Source of the DNA: Gemmatimonadota bacterium
Lineage (GTDB): Bacteria; Gemmatimonadota; Gemmatimonadetes; JACCXV01; JAHWKZ01
Direction: 5' to 3'
DNA length: 64,000 nt
NCBI GenBank assembly: GCA_033722155.1
Contig: JAWVZN010000005.1
Location: 8,770-72,769 of the forward strand
Under the pieces are notes generated by a model, which had not been told where the DNA came from, did not search any database, and saw only the letters and a list, made by a program, of their open reading frames with translations. The first letter of the stretch is position 1. Every line of letters begins with the position of its first letter. Both the position numbers and the translations under genes were made by a program. Below, in pieces: positions 8,882 to 17,549 of the stretch.

Positions 8882-10021
8882 TCAGAGGCGCTCTGACCGC
8901 ACCTCGATCCTGACCCCGCGGCCGCGGATCTCCTCCAGGATGCGATCGGCGAGGTCGGGCTCGGCCCCCAAGGTCTCCGGGGGGTGGACCCCGGGCTTCA
9001 TCCACGCTCCCTCCGTCACCGCGCGCGCCACCGCCACCGCGGGAAAGCCCGTGGCCCTGGCCATCGACGTGTCGTTCGTCTCGGGGTCGGTCCGGTCGAA
9101 AAGCGTCCAGGTGTCGCGGACGCGCTCTCCCTCCCTCTCCCCCTCGACCTCGACCCGCAGGACGGTGAGCTCCTCCTCGCCCGGACGAAGCGCCCACGCC
9201 CGCTTCAGCAGCCGCTCGGACACCGCCCGGGGAGCCACCTCGACGGCGCCGACCTCGATCTGCCCCTCGTTCAGGAACCCGCTGTCGCGCAGCGCCCGCA
9301 TCTTCGCTGCGTGTCCGGGCCATCGCAGCGTCTTTTCGATCATCGTCGCGGCGGGGATCGTGTCGAGGAGGGTCCGGAGCCCGTCGGTGAGAAACGCCTC
9401 GAGCGTACCCACCCCCTCCACCTCCACCGTCTCGATTCCGGAGAGGGCGGGCCGGACGAGGACCTCGCCGTCCAGGCGGATCCGGGCCGGGCGTACGTAC
9501 TCCTCGAGAACGTCCGCCGGATGGAACACCGCGCGGTATCCCCACGGGGGGCGGGGATCGGAGGGGATCCCGCCGACGAGGATCCGTACCGACTCGACCT
9601 CGTCGAGCCCGGACACCGACCGGCCGACCATCAGGTTGGAGAGGCCGGGGGCGACGCCGCAGTCGACGATCACCGGAATCCCCCGTTCCCGCGCGACCGG
9701 ATCGAGCGCTCGAGGATCCTCGGGGGAGAAGGAGACGTCGACGGTCGGGATCCCGTGGTCCACCAGGGCGCGAAGGAGCTCGAACCCGATGGCCCCCGGC
9801 ATCGAGAGAAGCGCCACGTCGGCTCCCTCCACCAGCGGCTGCACGAGCCCGGCATCGGAGAGGTCCGCCGCCCGGGCCTCCACCCGGTCGCCCAGCCCCG
9901 CCAGCGCCCGATCGCTCCGGTCGACCGCCCGGACCGCGAGGGCGGGCTCGTCGGCGAGCGTCCGGGCGATCAGGCCGCCGACCCTCCCCGCGCCCAGCAC
10001 CACCGCCAGGCGCCCGCTCAC
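8882..10021 (-). CDS. Saccharopine dehydrogenase-like NAD(P)-binding oxidoreductase. Its GTG start overlaps the upstream stop (GTGA).
   Basis: N-terminal Rossmann LAVVLGAGRVGG plus a saccharopine dehydrogenase C-terminal region. Confidence 0.65.
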   Translation of the reverse strand: MSGRLAVVLGAGRVGGLIARTLADEPALAVRAVDRSDRALAGLGDRVEARAADLSDAGLVQPLVEGADVALLSMPGAIGFELLRALVDHGIPTVDVSFSPEDPRALDPVARERGIPVIVDCGVAPGLSNLMVGRSVSGLDEVESVRILVGGIPSDPRPPWGYRAVFHPADVLEEYVRPARIRLDGEVLVRPALSGIETVEVEGVGTLEAFLTDGLRTLLDTIPAATMIEKTLRWPGHAAKMRALRDSGFLNEGQIEVGAVEVAPRAVSERLLKRAWALRPGEEELTVLRVEVEGEREGERVRDTWTLFDRTDPETNDTSMARATGFPAVAVARAVTEGAWMKPGVHPPETLGAEPDLADRILEEIRGRGVRIEVRSERL

Positions 10022-10929
10022 CTCCGCTCCAGGCTCTCGCCTTCGAGGAACACCCATCCCACCTTCGGATGCTCGGAGCGGATCGTCCGCTCCAGCTCTC
10101 CGGCCGCGCTCTCGACGGCCTCCGCAGACACGTCCGAGGCGAAGTCGACCGAGAGCACCACCAGCACCTTTTCGGGCCCCATGTGCATCGTCAGCAGCTT
10201 GCCCACCCGCTCGACGGCCTCGTGGGTCGCCACGATCCGCCGCACGCCCTCGAGCAGCGGCGTCCGCGCGGCCTCCCCGACCAGGAGCCCCCGCGTCTCC
10301 CACGCCAGCCACAGCGAGACGGTGGCGAGGATCAGGCCGATGACGATCGAGGCCGAAGCGTCCCAGACGGGATCGCCGGTCGCGCTCGACAGGAAGACCC
10401 CCGCGGCCGCCACCGCGATTCCGGCCAGGGCCGCCGAGTCCTCGAACAGCACCACGAAGAGGGCGGGGTCCTTGCTCTCCTTGAGCGTCTCGACCACGCC
10501 GCGGTCGCCCTTCCGGCGGAGGAACTCCCGGACCGCGATGGTGGTGGCGACCGTTTCGAAGGCCGCCGCGATCCCGAGCACGACGTAGTTGGGAAGCGGG
10601 TCCTTCAGCTCCGCCGGATGGAACAGGTGGGTGACCCCTTCGTAGATCGAAACTCCCGCCCCCACCGCGAAGAGGACGATCGCCACGACGAAGCCCCAGA
10701 AGAACACCTCCTTGCCGTACCCGAAGGGGTGGGTTCGATCCGGCGGCTTGTCGCCGCGCCACATGCCGAGGAGCATGAGCGCCTGGTTTCCGGTGTCGGC
10801 GACCGAGTGGACGCCCTCGGCCAGCATCGCGCTCGATCCGGTCATCGCCGCGGCCACGAACTTCGTCACCGCGATCGCGCCGTTGCCGAACAGGGCCGCG
10901 TACACGACCCCCTTGCTTCCGCTAGCCAC
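10018..10929 (-). CDS. Cation diffusion facilitator (CDF) family metal efflux transporter. GTG start.
   Basis: 303 aa, 6 TM segments and the CDF signature (HSVADTGNQ...GYGK), with a C-terminal cytoplasmic domain. Confidence 0.8.
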   Translation of the reverse strand: MASGSKGVVYAALFGNGAIAVTKFVAAAMTGSSAMLAEGVHSVADTGNQALMLLGMWRGDKPPDRTHPFGYGKEVFFWGFVVAIVLFAVGAGVSIYEGVTHLFHPAELKDPLPNYVVLGIAAAFETVATTIAVREFLRRKGDRGVVETLKESKDPALFVVLFEDSAALAGIAVAAAGVFLSSATGDPVWDASASIVIGLILATVSLWLAWETRGLLVGEAARTPLLEGVRRIVATHEAVERVGKLLTMHMGPEKVLVVLSVDFASDVSAEAVESAAGELERTIRSEHPKVGWVFLEGESLERR

Positions 10930-12856
10930 CGGGGGGAGGCGGGCTGGACTCCTCCCGCAACCGGGTCACGAAATGATCGATGTCCATCTCGCCGAGCTCC
11001 CCTTCGGCCCAGGAGCGGACCGAGACCTTGCCGGTCCCCGCCTCCCTCTCCCCCACCACGACCATGTAGGGGACCTTTTGCACCTCGGCGCCGCGGATCT
11101 TGTAGCCGACTCCCTCGCGCCGGTCGTCGATGCGGGAGCGCAGTCCGGCCCCTCGCAGATGCTCGGCGACCGTCTCCGCGTACTCGAAGAAGCGGTCGGC
11201 CACGGGGACGATCCGGATCTGCTCGGGCGACAGCCACAGCGGGAACGCGCCCCCGTAATGCTCGATCAGGATCCCCATGAACCGCTCGATCGAGCCGAAG
11301 GTGGCCCGATGGATCACCACCGGCCGGTCCTCGGCGCCCGACTCCGCGGTGTAGGTGAGGCCGAAGCGCTCGGCCATGTTGAAGTCGAGCTGGATGGTGG
11401 AGAGCTGCCACTTCCTCCCCAGCGCGTCGGTGACGTGGAAGTCGATCTTGGGGCCGTAGAACGCCCCGTCACCCGGGCTCACGCGATACTCGAGATCGTT
11501 CGAGTCAAGCGCCTGGCGCAATGCGGATTCCGACCGGTCCCAGATTGCGTCCGAACCGATCCGTTTCTCCGGCCGGGTGGAGAGTTCGCGCTCGATCTCG
11601 AAGCCGAAGACGTCGCCGAGCACGTACTGCACCAGGCCGATCAGGGAGCGGACCTCCTCCTGGACCTGCTCCTCGGTGCAGAAGATGTGGGCGTCGTCCT
11701 GGACGAACGTCCGCACCCGGAAGAGCCCGGTCACCACGCCGCTCTTCTCGTAGCGGTGCAGCCGGCCGAAGTCGGCGTAGCGGAGCGGCAGGTCGCGGTA
11801 GGAGCGCTTTTGCGAGGAGTACACGAAGGTCGAGGCCGGGCAGTTCATCGGCTTCACCGCCATCTCCTTCTCGTCCGCCCCGGTGAAGAACATGTTCTCC
11901 TTGTAGTTCTCGTAGTGGCCCGAGCGGTGCCACAGCTCCACGTCGTAGATCTGCGGGGTGATGATCTCCTCGTGGGGCCACGGGCCCTCGTAGAGATCCC
12001 GCATGAAACGCCGGAGCCGGTTGTAGATCCACGCGCCCTTCGGGTGGAAGTAGGGGCTCGCCGGCGCGTTGGGGTGGAAGCTGAAGAGGTCGAGCTCCCG
12101 GCCGAGCTTGCGGTGGTCCCGCTCCTTCGCCTGCTCGAGCCGATCGAGGTGCTCCTCGAGGTCCTTCCGCTCGAAGAAGGCGGTCCCGTAGATCCGGGTG
12201 AGCATCTCGTTCGCCTCGTCGCCCCGCCAGTAGGCGCCGGCGGTCGAGAGGAGCTTGAAGTTGCCGAGCCGCCCGGTGGTCGGGACGTGGGGGCCGCGGC
12301 ACAGGTCGAGCCACTCGCCCTGCCGGTAGATCGTGAGGGTCTCCTCCTCGGGCAGGTCCTCGATGATCTCCACCTTGTAGGGCTCCTCCAGCTCGCGGAA
12401 GAGATCGAGCGCCTCCTCGCGGGAGAGCACTTCCCGCTCGATCTCGAGATCCTCCCCCACGATCCGCCCCATCTCCTCCTCGATCGCCTCGAACTCCTCG
12501 GGCGTGAACGGCTCGTCCCGGTCGAAGTCGTAGTAGAAGCCCCCCTCGATGACGGGCCCGATCGTCACCTTCGTTTCGGGCCACAGCCGCTGGACGGCCT
12601 GGGCCATCAGGTGGGCGGTGGAGTGGCGGTACACCTCGAGGGCGGTCTCGTCGCGATCGGTGAAGATCGTCAGCTCGGCGTCGTCCTGGATCGGTCGGGA
12701 GAGGTCGACGACGCTGCCGTCCACCCGGGCCACGACGGCGGCCCGGGCCAGTCCGGGTCCGATCCGCTCGACGATGTCCCGCGGAGTCGCGCCCCGCTCG
12801 GCCTCCATCTGGGAGCCGTCGGGGAGGGTGACGGTGATCGTGCCGTTTTCGCTCAT
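10922..12856 (-). CDS. thrS: Threonyl-tRNA synthetase.
   Basis: 644 aa with TGS, second additional, class II core and anticodon-binding domains (HRSGHYENYKENMF, FRVRTFVQDDAHIF). Confidence 0.9.
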   Translation of the reverse strand: MSENGTITVTLPDGSQMEAERGATPRDIVERIGPGLARAAVVARVDGSVVDLSRPIQDDAELTIFTDRDETALEVYRHSTAHLMAQAVQRLWPETKVTIGPVIEGGFYYDFDRDEPFTPEEFEAIEEEMGRIVGEDLEIEREVLSREEALDLFRELEEPYKVEIIEDLPEEETLTIYRQGEWLDLCRGPHVPTTGRLGNFKLLSTAGAYWRGDEANEMLTRIYGTAFFERKDLEEHLDRLEQAKERDHRKLGRELDLFSFHPNAPASPYFHPKGAWIYNRLRRFMRDLYEGPWPHEEIITPQIYDVELWHRSGHYENYKENMFFTGADEKEMAVKPMNCPASTFVYSSQKRSYRDLPLRYADFGRLHRYEKSGVVTGLFRVRTFVQDDAHIFCTEEQVQEEVRSLIGLVQYVLGDVFGFEIERELSTRPEKRIGSDAIWDRSESALRQALDSNDLEYRVSPGDGAFYGPKIDFHVTDALGRKWQLSTIQLDFNMAERFGLTYTAESGAEDRPVVIHRATFGSIERFMGILIEHYGGAFPLWLSPEQIRIVPVADRFFEYAETVAEHLRGAGLRSRIDDRREGVGYKIRGAEVQKVPYMVVVGEREAGTGKVSVRSWAEGELGEMDIDHFVTRLREESSPPPPGG

Positions 12857-12897
12857 GACGGTGGGAAGTTAGGGGTCCCCCCGATCCCCGCCAAACG

Positions 12898-13272
12898 TCA
12901 GAGCGCCCCGTAGCGCCGCAGCGTCCTCTCCGTTGCCACGTAGACGAACGACGGCTCCGTTCCGCCCTCCCGGTCCGCCGCCACGACCCGGGCGGTGATC
13001 CGAGTGTAGAGCCCCTCGTGGACCCCTTCGTAGGCGTCGAGGCGCTGGTATTCGGTTGGCTCCAGATCCCGGTAGAGGCGTCCGTCGACCACCTCGCCCA
13101 CCGCCTCGAAGACGGTCGGAACAGGCATCCCCTCGATCTCGAGCAGCTCGAAGTCGAGCAGCCGGGCGGAGACGGCGGTGACGGACCGCTCCAGGAGCCG
13201 GCCGACGAAGGCCTCGTCGACGAGGCTCCCGTAGGCGAACAGGGGAAGCCGGGGTCCTGGCGGGAGGTGCAC
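12898..13272 (-). CDS. Gamma-glutamyl cyclotransferase-like (AIG2/GGCT fold) protein. GTG start chosen.
   Basis: PLFAYGSL motif (YGSL) and a C-terminal GGCT fold. The upstream 108 aa of the track ORF are not conserved and would overlap the purE promoter. Confidence 0.5.
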   Translation of the reverse strand: MHLPPGPRLPLFAYGSLVDEAFVGRLLERSVTAVSARLLDFELLEIEGMPVPTVFEAVGEVVDGRLYRDLEPTEYQRLDAYEGVHEGLYTRITARVVAADREGGTEPSFVYVATERTLRRYGAL

Positions 13273-13374
13273 GCGAGAAGGGTAGGAGAGCGGCCCTCTC
13301 CGGTCCAGCCACGGGGAGATCCGCCTGGAACTCCCGATTGCAGGAGGTTCTCCCGTACCCCTAGATTCGGGCCG

Positions 13375-13878
13375 ATGGAAGAGAGTGCCCGCCCGCGTGT
13401 CGGCGTCGTCATGGGATCGACCTCCGACTGGGAGACGATGCGTCATGCCACCGACACGCTCGACGAGCTGGAAGTGCCGTACGAGGTGGAGGTCGTCTCC
13501 GCCCACCGTACCCCAGACCGTCTGATCGAGTACGCCTCGACCGCCGAGGAGCGGGGGCTCAGGGTCATCATCGCCGGCGCCGGGGGCGCTGCCCACCTGC
13601 CGGGGATGACCGCCTCCAAAACGATCCTCCCCGTGCTCGGCGTCCCGGTGGAGTCGCGAGCCCTGAGCGGCCTCGACTCGCTCCTCTCCATCGTCCAGAT
13701 GCCCGCCGGGGTGCCGGTGGGGACGCTCGCCATCGGCCGCTCGGGGGCGAAGAACGCCGCGCTCCTCGCCGCCGCGATCGTGGGGATCGAGGACGCCCCG
13801 GTCCGCGAAGCGGTTCGCGCCTACCGGGAGCGGCAGACCACGTCCGTCCTGGAGCGCACCGACCCCCGCGAAGGGTGA
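13375..13878 (+). CDS. purE: N5-carboxyaminoimidazole ribonucleotide mutase.
   Basis: [14 protein letters not shown]...[14 protein letters not shown]...VLGVPV are the canonical PurE motifs. Confidence 0.85.
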   Translation: MEESARPRVGVVMGSTSDWETMRHATDTLDELEVPYEVEVVSAHRTPDRLIEYASTAEERGLRVIIAGAGGAAHLPGMTASKTILPVLGVPVESRALSGLDSLLSIVQMPAGVPVGTLAIGRSGAKNAALLAAAIVGIEDAPVREAVRAYRERQTTSVLERTDPREG

Positions 13879-15002
13879 TGAACGTCGGGATCGTCGGCGG
13901 CGGCCAGCTGGGGCGGATGCTCGCTCTCGCGGGCTACCCGCTGGGCGCCCGGTTCCGGTTCCTCGACCCGGCCGAGGATGCCTGCGCGGCGCCGCTCGGC
14001 TCTCACCTCGCGGCCGATTACGACGACGAAGGCGCCCTGGCCGGCCTCGCCGAATGGGCCGATGTCGTCACCATCGAGTTCGAGAACGTCTCCGTCGAGG
14101 CGCTCGAGCGGATCACCGGCACGGTGCCGGTCCATCCGGCGCCCGGCTCGCTCGCGGTGGCTCGCGACCGCCTGGAGGAGAAGACCCTGTTCGATCGGCT
14201 CGGGATCCCGACCCCCGCCTGGGCCGCGGTCGACGATCGCGCGGGGCTCGAGCGGGCCGCCCGGACGATCGGCCTCCCGGCGGTCCTGAAGCGGCGAACC
14301 CTGGGGTACGACGGGAAGGGCCAGGAGGTCGTGGGGGACGAGGGCGACCTCGGGGCGGCGTGGGACCGGCTGGGGAACCTCCCCCTCCTCCTCGAGTCGT
14401 TCGTGGCGTTCGACCGCGAGGTGTCCGTGCTCGCAGCCCGGGCTCGCGACGGGTCGACCGCGTTCTACCCGGTGAGCGAGAACACCCACGAGGAGGGAAT
14501 CCTGCGGGTCTCCGTCAGTCGCCCCGGCGACCCCGCCGCGGAGCCCGCCCGGGAGCTCTCCGGGAGGATCCTCGACGCGCTCGACTACGTGGGCGTACTC
14601 GCGCTCGAGCTGTTCGAGAAGGACGGCGAACTGCTCGCCAACGAGATCGCCCCGCGGGTCCACAATTCCGGCCACTGGTCGATCGAAGGGGCGCGCGCGA
14701 GCCAGTTCGAGAACCACCTGCGCGCGGTGCTCGGGCTGCCGCTCGGCGATCCCTCCCCGGTCGGACTCGCAGCGATGGTCAACTTCATCGGGGAGATCCC
14801 CCCCGTCGAGCAGGTCCTCGCGATCCCCCCGGCGCACCTCCACGTCTACGACAAGGCTCCCCGTCCGGGCCGGAAGATCGGGCACGCCACCGTCCGCGCC
14901 GACGACGAGCGGGAGCTGCGGACGGCCCTCGACCCGCTCCTCGAGCTCGTCGGCCTCCCGGCCCGCTCGACCCGGAGTCGTCCGCCGGCATCCGGGCGGT
15001 GA
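13875..15002 (+). CDS. purK: N5-carboxyaminoimidazole ribonucleotide synthase. Its start overlaps the purE stop (GTGATGA).
   Basis: 375 aa with an ATP-grasp fold ([37 protein letters not shown]). Confidence 0.85.
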   Translation: MMNVGIVGGGQLGRMLALAGYPLGARFRFLDPAEDACAAPLGSHLAADYDDEGALAGLAEWADVVTIEFENVSVEALERITGTVPVHPAPGSLAVARDRLEEKTLFDRLGIPTPAWAAVDDRAGLERAARTIGLPAVLKRRTLGYDGKGQEVVGDEGDLGAAWDRLGNLPLLLESFVAFDREVSVLAARARDGSTAFYPVSENTHEEGILRVSVSRPGDPAAEPARELSGRILDALDYVGVLALELFEKDGELLANEIAPRVHNSGHWSIEGARASQFENHLRAVLGLPLGDPSPVGLAAMVNFIGEIPPVEQVLAIPPAHLHVYDKAPRPGRKIGHATVRADDERELRTALDPLLELVGLPARSTRSRPPASGR

Positions 15003-15015
15003 TCCGCCCGGCGTT

Positions 15016-15834
15016 CTACCGGTCGAGGCGGGAGAAGTCCACCGTACCGTACACCTCTCGCTTCCAGCGAAGTCCGAGATCGGTCACCTCGCCCCGCCTC
15101 TCGCGGGGACGCTCCCGCACGTCCCGGAAGCACTCCCACAGCATGCGCCGTTGCTGGAGCACATGGTCGGGCTCGCCCAGGGGGTGGCCGAAGGGCCACC
15201 GGACGAACAGCGCCCGTGGTGGGGCGAGGCGGCGGGTGATTTCCTTTTCGAGGGAGATCGACACCGTGGGGAGCCCGGCTTCCTCGATCTCCCGCTGGAC
15301 CAGACCCACGGTCTGGTTGCACGTACCTCAGGCGGGCGTCAGCAGGACGAGGTCGACCTCCTCCCTCCGCATCGCCTCGACGACCTCGGGAGCGGTCTCC
15401 TCCACCAGAGCGGCCGTCTGGGGGACGTAACCCATCATGGAGTAGTGGGTGGGCGCCAGGCCGCCCAGCGCACCCTCGTCCACCAGCTCGCGGAGCCGGT
15501 CGAGGGGGAGCAGGATGTTCGGGTCCTCCTTCGCGTCGCGGGTGTCGTAGTGGGTGTGGTCGACCACCAGCTCGGCGAGCTCGGCGTCGTGCGGGATCGC
15601 GCGCCAGGAGGGATCGCCGGCGTCGCAGTCGAAGGCCGGCTGCTCGGCGAAGCGGAAGCCGCCGGTCGTGAAAACCGCGATCCGGCTCTCGGCGAATCGC
15701 CCTTCGAAGGGAACCCACGGCGTCTCCCCTTCGACCTCGGCCTCGGCCGCCTTTCGGGCCCACCACCGCTGCAGCTCCGGGAACGGGCCGATCGCCCGTG
15801 CGACCGCCCGGTCGAGGACGCTCCGGATGGTCAA
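15016..15834 (-). CDS. GrdB/PrdB-family (glycine/betaine/proline reductase component B-like) predicted selenoprotein. It has an in-frame TGA at 15328-15330 read as Sec, and a TTG start overlapping the ATL stop (TTGA).
   Basis: Two track ORFs (15328..16365 and 15016..15309) are in one frame, separated only by the TGA. The context is LVLLTPA-U-GTCNQTVGLVQREIEEAGLPTV (a UxxC motif). An 8-bp hairpin (15299-15317) lies 10 nt after the TGA. A GGGAG SD precedes the TTG. Confidence 0.55.
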
Positions 15835-16163
15835 GCCGTTTCTCCCTCGCTGGCCTCGGGCTCGATCCACCCCCACCGGTCCAGATCGATCGTGCCGTCG
15901 GGGTCGAAACGGACGCCCTCGTCCTCGAGGAGCGCCCGTTGGAGCTCGGGGGGAAGGCCGATCTTGGAGATGGAGATGCCGCCGTGGCGGTTGACGACCC
16001 GGTGCCACGGAACGTCGGTGCCGCTTGGCAGGGCGTGGAGCGCCCACCCCACCGCGCGGGCCGCGCGGGGGTTGCCCGCCAGCGCGGCGACGTGGCCATA
16101 GGTGGCCACCCGGCCGGGCGGGATCCGGCGCACCTGCTCGTAGATCGCGTCGTAGAACGACAC
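15831..16163 (-). CDS. Alkyltransferase-like protein (an ATL, i.e. an Ogt/MGMT-fold protein lacking the reactive Cys). GTG start with a GGAGAGGAA SD. An alternative ATG at 16241 is rejected because it lies inside the tRNA terminator.
   Basis: PGRVATYGHVAALAGNPRAARAVGWALHALP..VPWHRVV has Trp where the reactive Cys of PCHRV sits. Confidence 0.6.
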   Translation of the reverse strand: MSFYDAIYEQVRRIPPGRVATYGHVAALAGNPRAARAVGWALHALPSGTDVPWHRVVNRHGGISISKIGLPPELQRALLEDEGVRFDPDGTIDLDRWGWIEPEASEGETA

Positions 16164-16197
16164 CGGACCGTTCCTCTCCGGACGAGATCGACGCGCG

Positions 16198-16232
16198 AAA
16201 AAAGGCCCGGCTCGCAAGGTACGATCCGGGCC
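16198..16232 (-). terminator. Intrinsic terminator downstream of tRNA-Ala.
   Basis: On the minus strand: GGCCCGG, a 15-nt loop, CCGGGCC, then TTTTTT. Confidence 0.55.
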
Positions 16233-16246
16233 CTCCGTCATTCTGC

Positions 16247-16322
16247 TGGTGGAGCTGATGGGATTCGAACCCACGACCTCCGGAGTGCGATTCCGGCGCT
16301 CTCCCAGCTGAGCTACAGCCCC
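16247..16322 (-). tRNA. tRNA-Ala (anticodon CGC); 76 nt with an encoded CCA.
   Basis: The cloverleaf was folded by hand. It has a G3:U70 pair, the anticodon loop AUCGCAC, and T-loop GGTTCGAATCC. Confidence 0.85.
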
Positions 16323-16377
16323 ACGAGAAACACGAAATATAGGCGGTGGCGGCGCTTCTCACCACGAGGGCGGCGGA

Positions 16378-17097
16378 TCAGCGGCCTCCTTCGGCGGGGA
16401 CGCGGAACTTCAGCAGGCTCTGGTCGACCTGCTCGCGCCGCTCCCATCGCGGGCCCGCGTGGTCGTCCTCGGGGTTGGCCAGCAACTCGCTCGAGCCCAG
16501 GAGCTCGAAACCGGCGGCGGTCACCTCCTCGACGATCACCTCGTCGGCGATCCGGTGGGCGTCGACGTCGCGCCCCTCGTCGGTCCGGGCGTCGACCACC
16601 ACGAAGAGCCCGCCCGGCCTCAGGGTCCGCTCCACCCCGGCGAGGAACTCCGGGATCCGGTCGACGGGAATGTCGTGGTAGTTGCGCACCGTGAGGAACA
16701 GGTCGAGGGTGTCGTCGGGAACCTTGGCGAGGGCGTCGACGTAGACGACGTTGCCGGCATCGGCGAGATCGCCGGTGGCGAGCCGCTCCTTCAGCGCCTC
16801 GGCGCGGCGGCCCGACATCTCGGTGAAGACGACCCCCTCGGGGCCGACCCACTCGGAGAGAACCCACGTGTTGTAGCCGGCGCCCGCGTGGAAGTCCAGC
16901 GCGACGTCCCCCTCCTCGAGCCCGGCCCACTCCAGCATCGCGAGGGGCTTCGAGAACTCGTCCCGGAGCCGGTCCTCCTCGGGGCGCTCGGGATCGTCGA
17001 GATCGACCCGTGCCTGCTGGGCGACACCCGGGGCGGCGGAGAGCGCGACCAGCGCGACTCCGGCGAATAGCGGAGAGAGTGTTCGGATCACGGGCAT
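16378..17097 (-). CDS. Class I SAM-dependent methyltransferase with an N-terminal signal peptide.
   Basis: ALDFHAGAGYNTW (motif I) ... GGLFVVVD; cleavable signal MPVIRTLSPLFAGVALVALSAAPGVAQ. Confidence 0.55.
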   Translation of the reverse strand: MPVIRTLSPLFAGVALVALSAAPGVAQQARVDLDDPERPEEDRLRDEFSKPLAMLEWAGLEEGDVALDFHAGAGYNTWVLSEWVGPEGVVFTEMSGRRAEALKERLATGDLADAGNVVYVDALAKVPDDTLDLFLTVRNYHDIPVDRIPEFLAGVERTLRPGGLFVVVDARTDEGRDVDAHRIADEVIVEEVTAAGFELLGSSELLANPEDDHAGPRWERREQVDQSLLKFRVPAEGGR

Positions 17098-17180
17098 CCT
17101 CCGTTCGGTGTGCGGATCCACGGTTCGAACTTCTCGGGAAGCGTGTCGGGATACCCCGCAGAGGATAGTTTGCTCCGCCG

Positions 17181-17549
17181 ATGGTGCACGAACACCACCC
17201 CCGTCGCTCGCTGGAGGAGTACCGGGAGTTCCGCGCGGAGATGAACGAGCGGATCCTCGAATCGGGCCACCTGGGGCTCAAGCGGTTCTTCGCGCTCGAC
17301 GACCGGGCGTACGAGGAGGGCGCGCTCGACTCGCCCATCAAGGAGCTTCTCGGACTGGTCTCCTCGCTCGTGCTCCGGTGCGACGACTGCGTCACCTACC
17401 ACCTGGATCGGTGCGTCCACCTCGGCGTCTCCCGGGAAGAGCTCGTCGAGGCGATGAACGTGGGACTCGTGGTGGGAGGCTCGATCGTCATCCCCCACCT
17501 TCGCCGGGCGTTCGCCACCCTCGACGCCCTGCTCGAGGAGCGGAACTAG
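17181..17549 (+). CDS. Carboxymuconolactone decarboxylase / AhpD-like family protein.
   Basis: 122 aa with a CDDCVTYH CxxC...H motif typical of AhpD-like peroxidase-related proteins. Confidence 0.6.
   Translation: MVHEHHPRRSLEEYREFRAEMNERILESGHLGLKRFFALDDRAYEEGALDSPIKELLGLVSSLVLRCDDCVTYHLDRCVHLGVSREELVEAMNVGLVVGGSIVIPHLRRAFATLDALLEERN

Noticed and set aside
11505-13412. 635-aa minus-strand ORF overlapping thrS.
   Set aside because: It is an off-frame shadow of thrS and the GGCT gene, with low-complexity R/G/P composition.
15328-15330. The possibility that the TGA marks a pseudogene rather than a Sec codon.
   Set aside because: The frame is otherwise intact on both sides. The TGA falls exactly in a UxxC context of a family known to use Sec, and a perfect hairpin follows at SECIS distance. 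The pseudogene reading is kept only as the refutation condition.
16163-16274. The longer ATL ORF starting at 16274 or at the ATG at 16241.
   Set aside because: It would overlap the 3' end of tRNA-Ala and its terminator hairpin. The GTG at 16163 has a strong SD and yields a normal-sized Ogt-fold protein.
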